Assembly (NCBI RefSeq): GCF_021028975.2
Contig: NC_059428.1
Location: 156,675,428-156,738,000, forward strand
Direction: 5' to 3'
Source: Sphaerodactylus townsendi
Lineage: Eukaryota
Length of the DNA: 62,573 nucleotides
Position numbers and translations under genes: made by a program. This document shows, one piece after another, positions 13,901 through 24,200 of the stretch (the stretch's first letter is position 1; every line of letters starts with the position of its first letter). The notes beneath the pieces are model-generated. The model saw nothing but the letters and a program-made list of their open reading frames with translations. It did no database searches and had not been told where the DNA came from.

Positions 13901-16900
13901 CTGAGCATGAAAATTGCCACCTTGTTTCCAAGCTCAAAACGTTGGTCCTTAACTTGCATGGGCCTTTATTTATTTACAATTGTCAAGTCGCAGGTAACTT
14001 ATGGTGACCCCATAGGTTTTCAAGATAAAAGTGGTTCAGAGGTGGCTTGCCCTTGCCTGTCTCTGCGTAGCAAACCCTGGACTTCCCTGGCAGTCTTTCA
14101 TCCAAGTACCAACCAAGGCCGACCCGGTTTAGCTTCTGAGATCTGACAAGATGGGCTAGCCTGGGTCATCCGGGTTAAGATGGACCTTATTTCAAGGACC
14201 CTTAATTAAAGGACTGTTTCGGTCTGTTTGGTACATACGTTCTGCTTGCCTGTTTTTGCTGACTGTGCCACCTCTCAGCACTGTAAAAGTGGCCACGGGA
14301 CATATTTCTGTAGCAGTCCTGTGGTCTGAAACTGTCTTTCAGAAGAAGATGAGAAAATCACCTTCCCTGCTGGCCTCCAGAAAACGGCACTGCTTTTAGG
14401 GCTGCCAACCTCCAGGTAGTGACTGGGGATCTCCTGCTGTTTCAATTGATCTCAGTTCACTTGGAGGAAATGGCCACTTGGCCAGGTGAACTCTATGGCA
14501 TTGAAGTCTCGCCCCTCCCCAATTCTTACCCTCCTGAGGCTCCATCCCCAAATTTCCAGGTATTTCCCAGTCTGGACTGGCAACCTTGGCTGCTTAGGAT
14601 GGCCTTTTGCGGAGTTTTAGGATATCAGGTAGAATGTCAACGCCTGTTCTGTGTATTTCAATGCTTTTCTAGGTATGGATTTTCCTTTCTGTTTTTATAT
14701 CGGATTTCATAGGTGTAAGATCACTCGCTGGGGGTAAAGGGTGGGGTATTAATACTTTAGCAAACCAACATGTTCCCAAACCAAGACAATCCTCACCCCA
14801 AACTTTATATACGTTTAAAATGAGAATCTGGCTACTTCTGCTCCTCTTCCTAGGTATCGTATTGGGCCCTCCGAAGTAGAAAATGCATTAATCGAACACC
14901 CTGCTGTGGTTGAGTCTGCCGTGGTCAGCAGCCCAGATGCTATCAGAGGGGAGGTAATGAAGAATTTAAAGTCTAACCTTTCATATTTAAGAACTGTGAT
15001 GTCATGAGGGCAAACCATTCCCCACTGAACCTCTTTCATCATCCTTCTATACTTTTGTCTTTGCTTTTTGCTGTGCAGCTTGTAGGTTCATCTATCCCAT
15101 GGACATGATTTTAAATGCAATTTTACACGGTATTTATACTAAGGATTTATACACGGTATTTATACTTTGCTTCTCACAGCCCTACGTTTTTGATGCAAAC
15201 ATCCCCTCTGTCAATGTTGCCTCTGCCTGGTGCTCGTTACCTTTGTGTATAAATGCGTACAACAACATAAACAGTGTTTACAGTGGTGTAAAAATGCCAC
15301 AAAATGACAAGACTCTGGAATACCAGAAGCAAAACCAGCCAGAACAAAAAAGATTCACAATGATAAGGGGGGGAAAGAGGGGGAAAGGCATATTTACACA
15401 TCATTGATTTATATACACAATATACATAATTTATATGTATACCCCCAAAGGGAGTTGGCTGGCACAAGAAGCGTCTTCCTATGCCAGCTGCTATCCCTGG
15501 TGGATTAAACATTTCCGTACATCCAAAAACATGCTTGGAATCCAGTTTGTCTTGGGTAATGCCATGCAGTATTTCCAAAAGACGGTCACAGCAGGGCATC
15601 CATACACCAAAGCTATTATGAGTACATTATTATTTTTTCCTTAGTTGCTCCAAATTTTTTTATAGCCGGTTCTCCCCCATTTGATCGAGGGCAATAGCTC
15701 TCAACAGGAACCAGATGCCCCCTTCCAGAGGGTGATTTTCTGGGGAGGGGGACTCACAATTTTTTGTGGGCAAATGTTGAAGACAGCATTCAGGATTTCA
15801 CTGCAACTTTCCACTTGCAGTTCCTTGTTCTGTACTGCTGACCCTGAGGATAAAACCCTGTCTTTTCTCCAGGCCCATAAAAATGAAACCCACAGAAAAC
15901 AGGAATGACCTCTATTGTAAGTATCATTTGGCAATACGAGGGACATTAGTTTTCCCTTGGCTATACCATTTGATCTTATCTCTGTATATTTAATTTAAAA
16001 AGACTTGAAAAAAGTAAACATTGCTTTGCCAGGAGTGGCGTTTTTGATTACCCAAAGGTTACAACCTGACTTTTCTTCCTAGGTGGTGAAAGCTTACGTC
16101 GTCCTGTCTCCTTCCTTTGCATCCCATGATAAGGAGGAGCTAACCCTTGAGCTTCAAGACCACGTCAAGAAAACGACAGCTCCTTACAAGTATCCCAGAA
16201 AAGTAAGGCCTGTTTAAAGCTCTACAAAACAGGCAGGGCCTCCAGGAAAAGGGCAATCATCGCTGAGGAAATTACTAAATTTTGTAAACAGTTTCCCCGC
16301 AGAGTTCCTAGTTTCTGATACAGGCTCTCCCCTTTGGGGATTAAACTGCAGTCGTCTTTTTATCCATAAAATGGACACCTCCAGCTGCCTCTGTTGAGTC
16401 ACGCTGCTGCGGTAAAAACAGGTCAAATCAAATATAGGCGAACTTCTCTTTGCTGCAACGGCTGACCACAAAATGGGTGCTCCTAAACTGCAGCGCCTGC
16501 AATAAAGAACGTTAATACATTATTGCTTAACCTATCAGGAACTCGAGTCTAGGTGCACGAATATAATTAATATGTGTCATCTTGAAGAGTAGAGGCAGTG
16601 ATGGCGAACCTATGGCACGGGTGCCAGAGGTGGCACTTAGAGCTCTCTCTGTGGGCACGCACAGAGTTCATCATGTGGGGGGGAAATCGCCCCCCCACAC
16701 ACACACACATTTAGGCTGGCCTGGGTCTCTGGGCTCGATTATTAGCATTAAACCTAAAACCTAGTTTTGGGGAAGCAGTATAGGTAATCCTGTAAAGCGC
16801 TGTTAAACCCCACTGTTTTTTATGCAAAGAACTAAAGTGCGTTCCTTTACCTGACAATGTGGCTTGCTTCTGAGTAAACCCTTCTAGGGTCATGATTCAC

Positions 16901-18734
16901 CCGTTCAAAGAGTTGCACGGTTGCTGCAAAGCAAAGCCACCTTCTACCCCCAAGCCTACTCCCGAGTAACGCACGCCTCAGAGCCAACCATTTTTTCAAA
17001 CCTAAAACCTCAGTATTCAGGTTAAATTGCCGTGTCGGCGCTTTGCGACAAATCAGTGGGTTTTGGGTTGCAGTTTGGGCACTCGGTCTCAAAAAGGTTC
17101 ACCATCACTGATATAGGGGATGGAGGCTTTGGGCCTCTCGGCCTACCTCAGCAAAACCTTGTAGTTTTCTGGGCCTACCTGAGGCCTCGCCTCCATTTGG
17201 GAGCGTCAAGCTTCATGTCCTGAAGAGGCCGTGTGGAACTGGATTTTCCAGGAGATATGACTGAAAAACTAATTTATAAATAAAACCTCATGGCTGGAAA
17301 GCTAGTTCCTGAACAGGTAAAGGTCAGGGTTGATGGAGGCACACAGGAATGGAGCCCTAAGGATTCTGGGAAATGTAGTCTGGCTTCCACAGAAGTCCTG
17401 CAAAATGGAGGACTGACAGAAAGCTGAAGAGGGAGGGAGGGAGACAAAGGCTCGTTCCGCACAAGCAGAATAATGCACTTTCAAACTGCTTTCAGTGCTC
17501 TTTGAAGCTGTGCAGAATGGCAAAATCCACTTGCAAACAGTTGTGAAAGTGGTTTGAAAATGCATTATTTTGCATGTGCGGAAGGGGCCAAAGAGCAGAT
17601 TTGGGAGCCTGGCTGGAAAAGAGCAATCCCATAATGCAATCCTGTGCAGACTCGCTCCATGCTAAGGGCCTGGGTTCGAGTGGAGTCCGCCTGGGTGGTG
17701 AGGGCAGAGTTGTGAGGAGTTGCCAACTCTGGGCTGGGAAATTCCTGGATATTTGGGGGGTTGGAGCCTAAGGAAGGTGGGATTGGGGAAGGGAGCGAGT
17801 TCATTGGGGTATAACGACACGGAGCTGCCATTTTATCCAGGGGAATTATCATCTGGCGATTAGATGTCATTCCAGGAGATCTCCAGGCGACACCTGGCCG
17901 TTGTCAACCCCGCTACTCAGTTTAACATGTGCGCCACCGAGGCATGATCACGTCCTCCTTTTACGTGGTTGTTCCATACTGCTACGTTGTGGTTGCTTTA
18001 GCTACAGGCTGGCTTGTTTACTATCCATTCAGCAAAGTTTGTAGCCTTCCTTCCAAACAAGCGGCTTTTCTTCTGGTTAGTTCCCTCCTTTCCATTTTTA
18101 TAACAAACATCTGAGAGGTGTCAGGCTGAAACCCGGGGCCTGAGTTCAGGTCCCCCCCCCCACCCCCACCCCCCCGGCCCGAGACATATCGCTGAAGAAA
18201 CTCAGACCTTCTCTATCAAAATCCACACCCCCACATATGCTGTTCGGCCTTTCTTTGGTTTCAGGATTCAAGAAAATCTATCCACTCTTGGTAGGTGGCG
18301 AAATGACTGATGTGTCAAAGACTGGGATCTAACCAGGGTTCAAATCCCCCCGAATTGCAATTAAATTTGCAAAGGGCTCTTGGGTCAGTCATTCTTGCTC
18401 AGCCTGGCCTACCTTGCCGAACTGTTGTGAAGATTGAACGGCAAAAAGAGAAGCATGTTCACTGCCCCGAGTTCTTTGGAAGGAGGCTGGGGCTTTCGAA
18501 AGTGATGCTTTTGTATAAAGGAAGCTATTCTGAGGTTATAGAACAGACTGAGATGTGCCTGATCGTGAAACAAATATCTGTTATTGATATGGCGACTACC
18601 TTGCGTTTTCTTTTTCTTTCGATCAGGTGGAGTTTGTCCACCAGCTGCCAAAAACTGTCAGCGGCAAAATCCGAAGAAATGAATTAAGGAAAAAGGAATG
18701 GGAACAGATCAAGCACGGCACTCACATATGGTAA
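1713..18734 (+). CDS. ACSM-family medium-chain acyl-CoA synthetase, mitochondrial (ACSM4/5-like paralog); 13 coding exons; apparent -1 frameshift after coding exon 6
   Basis: join(1713..1913,3512..3722,4697..4904,5995..6138,7767..7923,8516..8594,10137..10260,11761..11841,11986..12108,13550..13677,14854..14953,16083..16202,18627..18734). All introns are GT-AG. ANL motifs [19 protein letters not shown] and [11 protein letters not shown] are present, and the N-terminus is basic and presequence-like. Internal exon sizes match neighbouring ACSM3 except c6 (79 vs 80) and c9 (123 vs 102). Exact orthology cannot be resolved by eye. Confidence 0.9.
2075..2585. mobile_element. non-autonomous hAT transposon
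   Basis: TIRs cagtggtggcaaacct / aggttcgccatcactg; 8-bp TSD gtctaggg at 2067..2074 and 2586..2593; second copy at 16596..17110. Confidence 0.9.
2616..2852 (+). mobile_element. Squam3-like SINE (internally deleted)
   Basis: same head and core as 953..1270. Confidence 0.8.
2975..3288 (+). mobile_element. Squam3-like SINE
   Basis: full length; near-identical to 22645..22948 and 51207..51499. Confidence 0.88.
3512..3722 (+). CDS. ACSM paralog coding exon 2
   Basis: ttgcag|[12 protein letters not shown]...[17 protein letters not shown]|gtgaaa, 211 nt. Confidence 0.93.
3795..4249 (+). mobile_element. Squam3-like SINE interrupted by a CR1-type 3' end (about 3827..3999)
   Basis: SINE head breaks after gtggttaaca; the insert ends in the (TTCTTATG)n tail of squamate CR1; SINE resumes at about 4000. 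Confidence 0.75.
4462..4594. mobile_element. palindromic hAT MITE
   Basis: TIR cataggtgtcaaactc / gagtttgacacctgtg; TSD ccctacag at 4454..4461 and 4595..4602. Confidence 0.9.
4697..4904 (+). CDS. ACSM paralog coding exon 3
   Basis: tttcag|[25 protein letters not shown]...WLNFKELL|gtgagt, 208 nt. Confidence 0.93.
4962..5232. mobile_element. Penelope-like element remnant (inverted pseudo-LTR pair)
   Basis: about 105-bp inverted arms; 13-bp TSD ttaaaaattcttc at 4949..4961 and 5233..5245; hammerhead-like core CTGAAGA...GAAAC. Confidence 0.8.
5995..6138 (+). CDS. ACSM paralog coding exon 4
   Basis: P-loop [15 protein letters not shown], 144 nt, AG/GT bounded. Confidence 0.93.
6546..6796 (-). 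mobile_element. Squam3-like SINE
   Basis: reverse complement of the family sequence. Confidence 0.82.
6958..7140 (+). mobile_element. Squam3-like SINE, 3'-truncated
   Basis: head and core only. Confidence 0.75.
7238..7403. mobile_element. hAT/Charlie-type MITE
   Basis: cagtggttcccaa ... ttgagaaccactg termini; no clear TSD. Confidence 0.65.
7416..7668. mobile_element. Tc1/mariner-superfamily (Tc2-like) MITE
   Basis: TIR ccctgtttccccgaaaataagac / gtcttatattcggggaaacacgg, TA on both flanks, internal repeats of aaataagacatcccc. Confidence 0.85.
7767..7923 (+). CDS. ACSM paralog coding exon 5
   Basis: [19 protein letters not shown]...FDPREILN|gtaaga, 157 nt. Confidence 0.93.
8069..8209. mobile_element. 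PIF/Harbinger-type MITE (about 141 bp)
   Basis: same family as 17449..17589 and 34151..34291, which show 3-bp TSDs. Confidence 0.75.
8516..8594 (+). CDS. ACSM paralog coding exon 6 (1 nt short)
   Basis: [26 protein letters not shown]+g|gtactc; 79 nt, ends in phase 1 while the next exon needs phase 2. Confidence 0.85.
8610..9172 (-). mobile_element. 5'-truncated non-LTR retrotransposon 3' end (RTE-X-like; clade tentative)
   Basis: CCHC knuckle RVCSC...[10 protein letters not shown], gccaataaagg+(TGT)n tail, degenerate TSD at 8591..8609 and 9173..9191. Confidence 0.8.
10137..10260 (+). CDS. ACSM paralog coding exon 7
   Basis: [20 protein letters not shown]...YEGYGQTEV|gtaagc, 124 nt. Confidence 0.92.
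10765..10900 (-). mobile_element. 5S rRNA-derived SINE (5S-Sauria-like)
   Basis: 5S-like gaagctaag..agggtc..ttggatgggagacc followed by Sauria-type ggcaaaccacctctg. Confidence 0.7.
11380..11640 (-). mobile_element. degraded L2/CR1-group LINE 3' fragment
   Basis: PALWN...LKQ...LRK...LYF-like ORF2 C-terminus. Confidence 0.5.
11761..11841 (+). CDS. ACSM paralog coding exon 8
   Basis: [27 protein letters not shown]|gtaaga, 81 nt. Confidence 0.92.
11986..12108 (+). CDS. ACSM paralog coding exon 9 (21 nt longer than paralogous exon)
   Basis: ttctag|[41 protein letters not shown]|gttggc, 123 nt. Confidence 0.75.
12352..12644 (+). mobile_element. Squam3-like SINE
   Basis: family sequence. Confidence 0.85.
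13117..13414 (-). mobile_element. Squam3-like SINE
   Basis: family sequence, reverse. Confidence 0.82.
13550..13677 (+). CDS. ACSM paralog coding exon 10
   Basis: [21 protein letters not shown]...RADDVIMSS, 128 nt. Confidence 0.93.
13750..14390 (+). mobile_element. degraded L2 LINE fragment interrupted by a minus-strand 5S-Sauria-like SINE (about 13985..14180)
   Basis: [18 protein letters not shown]...HISPV resembles the post-RT region of L2 ORF2. Confidence 0.6.
14854..14953 (+). CDS. ACSM paralog coding exon 11
   Basis: [33 protein letters not shown]|gtaatg, 100 nt. Confidence 0.93.
16083..16202 (+). CDS. ACSM paralog coding exon 12
   Basis: VVKAYVVL...TAPYKYPRK|gtaagg, 120 nt. Confidence 0.93.
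16596..17110. mobile_element. non-autonomous hAT transposon
   Basis: colinear with 2075..2585; TIR cagtgatggcgaacct. Confidence 0.88.
17449..17589. mobile_element. PIF/Harbinger-type MITE
   Basis: ggctcgttccgcac / gtgcggaaggggcc termini, aaa on both flanks. Confidence 0.78.
18627..18734 (+). CDS. ACSM paralog coding exon 13 (last)
   Basis: [35 protein letters not shown]. Confidence 0.93.
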   Translation: MEFVHQLPKTVSGKIRRNELRKKEWEQIKHGTHIW

Positions 18735-19170
18735 AAGTTCTCCACCACCCTGTTCAGGATTAGGTAGTAAAGTCCAAAAGGGACACCAAATATGTGCAAT
18801 ACATGTATGCAGTTTTATATTTTAGGGGTTATTGAAGGGGGAAAAAACGGGACAGATGTTAAACAAGGACTTAATTTTAAACTAATTCCTTGTGATTTGA
18901 AAGCTTGTGGGGAATTCAGCTCATCCCTATTGGTTGTTCAATTGCATCAACCTCCAGAACAGATGAAGGGCACCGGGGAAGGGGGCGGGGCAAACAACTC
19001 CATTTGCAGGTCCTTGTACGACAGTTTGAGCCCCCAGTTTCCACTAGTAAAGAGAACTGGCTCTTTTCCAATTTTCTATGTGAATTTTCTACCATGTCAA
19101 TTTCAATGTGAATGTATTTGTACAACTTTGAATTGCTAGTAACTGATGGAAAGGTGGAGCAGACATCTGA

Positions 19171-19176
19171 AATAAA
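19171..19176 (+). terminator. candidate poly(A) signal of ACSM paralog
   Basis: AATAAA about 440 nt after the stop; a second AATAAA lies at 19234..19239. Confidence 0.55.
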
Positions 19177-20987
19177 AGCTCTTTATATTAGGACACACCA
19201 CGATAATGGACTGATTGTTGTCTGAAGGCACAGAATAAACACTTCTACCTGCCTTGTAGTAAAACAAAGCATCAATCTATGAAGGCCAGGTCTGTAGCAT
19301 TCTAGAGTCTCAAGGTGAGAACAGCTTTCCAAGCCAGACCCCTTAAGCAGAGCTATTGGAGATGGAACTTGGGATGGCCCGTACTCAAAGATTTTAACCT
19401 CTGGGATGATAAAGATGCACCGCAGTTAGAATAAGGCTGACAGCCTCAACCTGTGCAAGATAACTCTGCTACATCCTTCCGGTTCCGGCAACTGAGCAGC
19501 CCAGCCGACTATAATTTTTTAAAAACTCTGCTACATTCACTTTGTACAAGAAATACCAATGCTGAATTCTTATTTTGAAAAGGCTGTATTCTGCAAAGTT
19601 CAAACCCAAATCCGACAAAAAATTCACTGACAAACACCAGTTTCAAAAAGGGAAACAAAACCAGTTTTGTTCTGTTTTGAAGCAAGGTATACAAGACAAC
19701 ATACGAAACAAAAACGTTTCACCTCGTTAGATGTTTGGAACTGCAAGGATTCTTTTGTGGAGAGATGCTGTGAGGCCAAATGAAAAGTTGAGTGCCCGCG
19801 GGTTCTTTTTTTTAGCAGAGTCTACAAAACTCAACTTTAAAGCTGTTCACAAAAATATAATGTTTAGGTGGGGCGATAGGGTAGGAAATCCCTCAAGAAC
19901 ACGTCTGCACCTAGTAACTAGAAGATGCCCACAAGTCTTCCTGAAAAGCGGGGTATAAATCTTTGTTTGAAAAGACACTCAAGTCTCCAGCTATAGGTAT
20001 GTTTGGCCATTCACCTGTCAAAGTAACAGCTGCTCCCTCCTTCCCAGGGAAGCAGAGGAGCGGAGTGACTCTGCAGCTGTCAGGCCAAGGAAGAATTGAA
20101 AGGAGACAGCTTCCTGGCTCTGCAGAACTATGCTGGCTGCCTCTTCCAGTTTTCAAGAGGTGCAAGAGGCGGCCAAAGGAAAGCTGGGTGACCTGGCTGT
20201 GTACAACAGTCAACTGAGACTAGTTTGCCATAAGAAGGAATGAGTGAGGGAACATACAAACCCAGCAACTTAGATGTATTCTTGCTCGTGGCAGCCACGT
20301 TGAGGTTTGTTATGATATCAGAATGCATCCTGCTGTCCCCCAAGGAAACTCCTTCCAAAGTGGATCAGTGTGTAGAAAGGTTGCCACATCTCTTGGATAA
20401 ATCAGCACACTGCTCAGGTTAGCCAAAGGCTGGGTGTGAGATCGTGGGAAAGCCCAACGGCACCCATAGCGTTCTGACTGCTGTGGGATTCCCGTCCCAA
20501 TTTACCTGCTTTTCTGGCAATCTCCTCTGCCAGAAAAGATTTTAGGAGCTGTTTCTCCACCCTGAATGACAGGCAGGCTTTGCGAGTAGCCAAAGCCGAC
20601 ACCCCTTGTGCATGAAGTGCAGCCTTCAGAAGTATTGTCACAACTTTGGAAGGCTGCCAGCCAGTTCTGCAAAACCCAGCACCAGTGCAAAGCTACATAT
20701 CAGGTGGTAAACAGCTTGGCCTCAGGTACTGCAGCGGAATTTCAGCACCCATTTCAGCACCACAGGAAACAGAGCATCAGAATGCGACCCTCAACACTGA
20801 CAGAGGAACGACACAAGGAGAATTAGTCCTAAGAAACACTGCAAACAGGAGTTGGACGACGTGGCTTCTAACGCAGCGCTCTCAGCGGAGACTAACTTTG
20901 GGCACCACGTGGAATGCTTAAAACTCGTTAACCCCGCCATGCTACCCCGAGCCACTGGCTCTTCAAACAGTCGGCGGTCCTGCGGGT

Positions 20988-21289
20988 TCAAGGATCACTG
21001 TCCTTGTGATTGTCACTAGCCTTTTCCTCAGCTGATTCCCCATGCGGGTCTTTATCCTCCGTCGTCTTCTCGGCCCCTTCCAAGCTGCCCTCCCGCGGCG
21101 CCTTCGGGGCACCGGGCTGCCTGTCCTCTTGGCCGTCCTTCACCACCTCTTGGAGGTTGTATTTCCGGAAGAGGACGTAGTCCTTCGCCACGCTCAAGCA
21201 GCAGATGTTTTTAATTATTTCCACCACGATAGTGAACTTGGGGTTGCCCAGGTCGACTTTGTTTTCCGGGTTGAGATCGCTGACCACTC
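20988..21289 (-). CDS. THUMPD1: THUMPD1 exon 4
   Basis: ttgcag|VVSDLNPENKVDLGNPKFTIVVEIIK...KDSDP*. Confidence 0.95.
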
Positions 21290-24200
21290 CTGCAAAAATG
21301 AAAAAGGTGACGGGGGGAGGGGAGGGGGGAAAAACACAATCAAGGTTTATAAAATGATGAACAGCAAGGAGACGAAGGAGAGAGAAATCTCGAGAGCGCT
21401 GGTTGAAGCCGATGAGTAGGGGAGTAATGCCAAACAAAATTGCCAAACGATGCAAAAAAAATAAAATAAAATCTCCTGGAACTCATGGCCACAGGACAGC
21501 TCGAGGAAATGCACCTCCTGGAATCTCATGGCCACAGATTCGTTCAAGGAAATGCATCTCACAGAATCTTATGGCCACAGGTTAGTTCAAGGAAATGCAT
21601 ATCTGTCAGGATGTGTTTTTTCCTTCCATCAAAGGTGGAGCATTCACACCTACTCAGGAGAAGAAGGAAAGTTGGATTTATATTCCCCGCTTTCTCTCCT
21701 GCAAGGAGACTCAAAGGGGCTTACAAACCCCTTTCCCTTCCCCCCTCCCAACAGACACCCTGTGAGGTAGGTGGGGCTGAGAGGGCTCTGAAGAACTGTG
21801 ACCAGCTCAAGGTCACCCAGCTGGCATGTGCTGGAGTGTACAGGCTAATCTGAATTCCTCAGATAAGCCTCCACAGCTCTAGCGGTAGAGCGAGAATCAA
21901 ACCCGGTTCCTCCAGGAACAAGTGAGGGGATGATTCCAGGGGAACCCCCCTTTCCTAGAAATACGCAAAGAATGTTTTTTTTTTTTAATGTAAGGGAGTT
22001 TCAGCATCAAAACTGTTGAAAAATGACATTGTGTGACGCTGCATTGTGAGACCAGTCGCCATTTAGTGGGTTATTTAGAAACCACAGGAAAGCAATGCAG
22101 CAGCATCAAGAGTGGTAGGGAAGAAAGGTGGCAACAGTGAGAAAGAACAGACCGCTTACCTGCCAGCTCTTTGATGACTTCTTCCCGACTCAGGTGGCTG
22201 TTGTTGCGAGCCTTGTACGCGATCTGGAAAGTGCCCTTCTGAGGAGCCTTAAACCATGGCTCGAAGAAGGTCTCCGCGTAACGCTTCATGTCCTCCAGGA
22301 AGGCTTTGCAGGTGCCGGAAACGGGCAACATGCGCAAAATCACCCTCGTTTTCTTCTTCTTGGTGGTGTGCATATCCTTCAGGATGTGATGCACCAGCTT
22401 CTCGGGTTCTGCAAGAAGAAAGCGCTGGCATGATGGACGGCCCAGGCTAATCTGACCTCATCAGATCTCAGAAACTAAGCAGGGTCTGCTCTGGCTTGTT
22501 TTTGGATGGGAGACCACTGAGGAAGCCCAGGGTTGTTATGCAGAGGAAGGCAACAGCAAGCCGCCTCTGAACGTCGCTTGCCCTGAAAATCTGACTGGGT
22601 TGCCATCGATTGACTGTGACTTTGCAGCATTTTAGTAGTAGTAAGGAGCAGCAGTGGCATAGGAGGTTAAGAGCTCGTGTATCTAATCTGGAGGAACCGG
22701 GTTTGATTCCCAGCTCTGCCGCCTGAGCTGTGGAGGCTTAGCTGGGGAATTCAAATTAGCCTGTGCACTCCCACACACGCCAGCTGGGTGACCTTGGGCT
22801 AGTCACAGCTTCTCGGAGCTCTCTCAGCCCCACCCACCTCACAGGGTGTTTGTTGTGAGGGGGGAAGGGCAAGGAGATTGTAAGCCCCTTTGAGTCTCCT
22901 GCAGGAGAGAAAGGGGGGGATATAAATCCAAACTCTTCTTCTTCTTCTATAGTAGTAGTAGTAGAAGAAGAAGAGTATGGATTTATCCCCTGCCTTTCTC
23001 TCCTGTAAGGAGACTCAAGGTGGCCTACAAGCTCCTTTCCCTTCCTCTTCCCACAACAGACACCTGGTGAGGCAGGTGGGGCTGAGAGAGTTTGGAGAGA
23101 ACTGTGACTAGCCCAAGGTCACCCAGCGGGAATGCAGGAGTGGAGAAACAGATCGGGTTCACCTCAAGTGGAGGTGTGGAGAATCAAACCCAGTTCTCCA
23201 GATTAGAGTCCCCCTGCTCTTAATCACGTCACCACACTGACTCTGTCACACACAAGCCTAAAATAACCAGCTAAATCATTTTTTAAAAGAGGGGAAAAAA
23301 ACACAAACGCAGTCTACAAGATACAATAATTTAAAAGCTAAGAAAGACTGCAAGTAGCAACACTTGTAGGAGATCAAAACAGAGTGGGAGCAATCCACAT
23401 ATACACAGTCAAATATAAATTACAGAAGAACACATGTTTTAACTTTTATTCTTGCCCTGAAGCAGCCATGCAAAGTTTTCCACTTTTATTTCTTAGCCCC
23501 TATATTACAACTGAAAATACCTGTTTGTTTTCGTTCTTCTATCATGCTTAGTACATTGCAGGTACCGATTATAAGAACGCTAGTCCCCACTCTGGCTGTT
23601 TTTAGGTTCGAAAATGAGGGTGGTAGTGTAACCTGTTTTTCCCCCACACTAAGGATAAGAACAGCCAGAGGGTTGGTTTGGGCAGCAGAAATAGTCCAGT
23701 GCAAATTTTGAAAGAAACCCAACCCACCCTGCGACAGACATGCAGAGGCTGCGAGGGACCGGAAGAGAGCAAACTAAAGCTTAAACCGGACAATATGGAA
23801 ATGTGGCCGATGGGGAGCTGGGCTGACCCTGGAATGGGTTTCAACCTGCGTTTGGCCTCTCTTCCCCAAAATGATAAGACACCGTATGTCTGGGTGACAG
23901 AAGTGACCAGAAGAGTGTTTTTCCAGCTCTATAGCAGGAACACCAATGACATGTCTTAGGGACATCTGGCCTAGACTACCAGTGGTCTAGGGACATCTGG
24001 CCTTGACTTGCAGGCGGTTCAGAAACAGCAGTGGGTTCAGACTGTGGTGGTTATCTCGGACGTTAACAAACGCCAACTGCGATAACCTCCAGGCAAACCA
24101 TATTGGCTGTGAGCTTGTCATGACATTCAATGCTCTTCAGGGCATGGTGCCAAGATACCCAAGAAACTGCTTGTGTTCACCCAAGGAAGCTCTTGCACAG

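Noticed and set aside
21473-21600. CRISPR-like array
   Set aside because: Tandem units without unique spacers in a vertebrate intron: a minisatellite.
22432-22540. 5S rRNA gene
   Set aside because: Diverged 5S-like head fused to a Sauria-type tail, with several dispersed copies: a SINE, not an rRNA gene.
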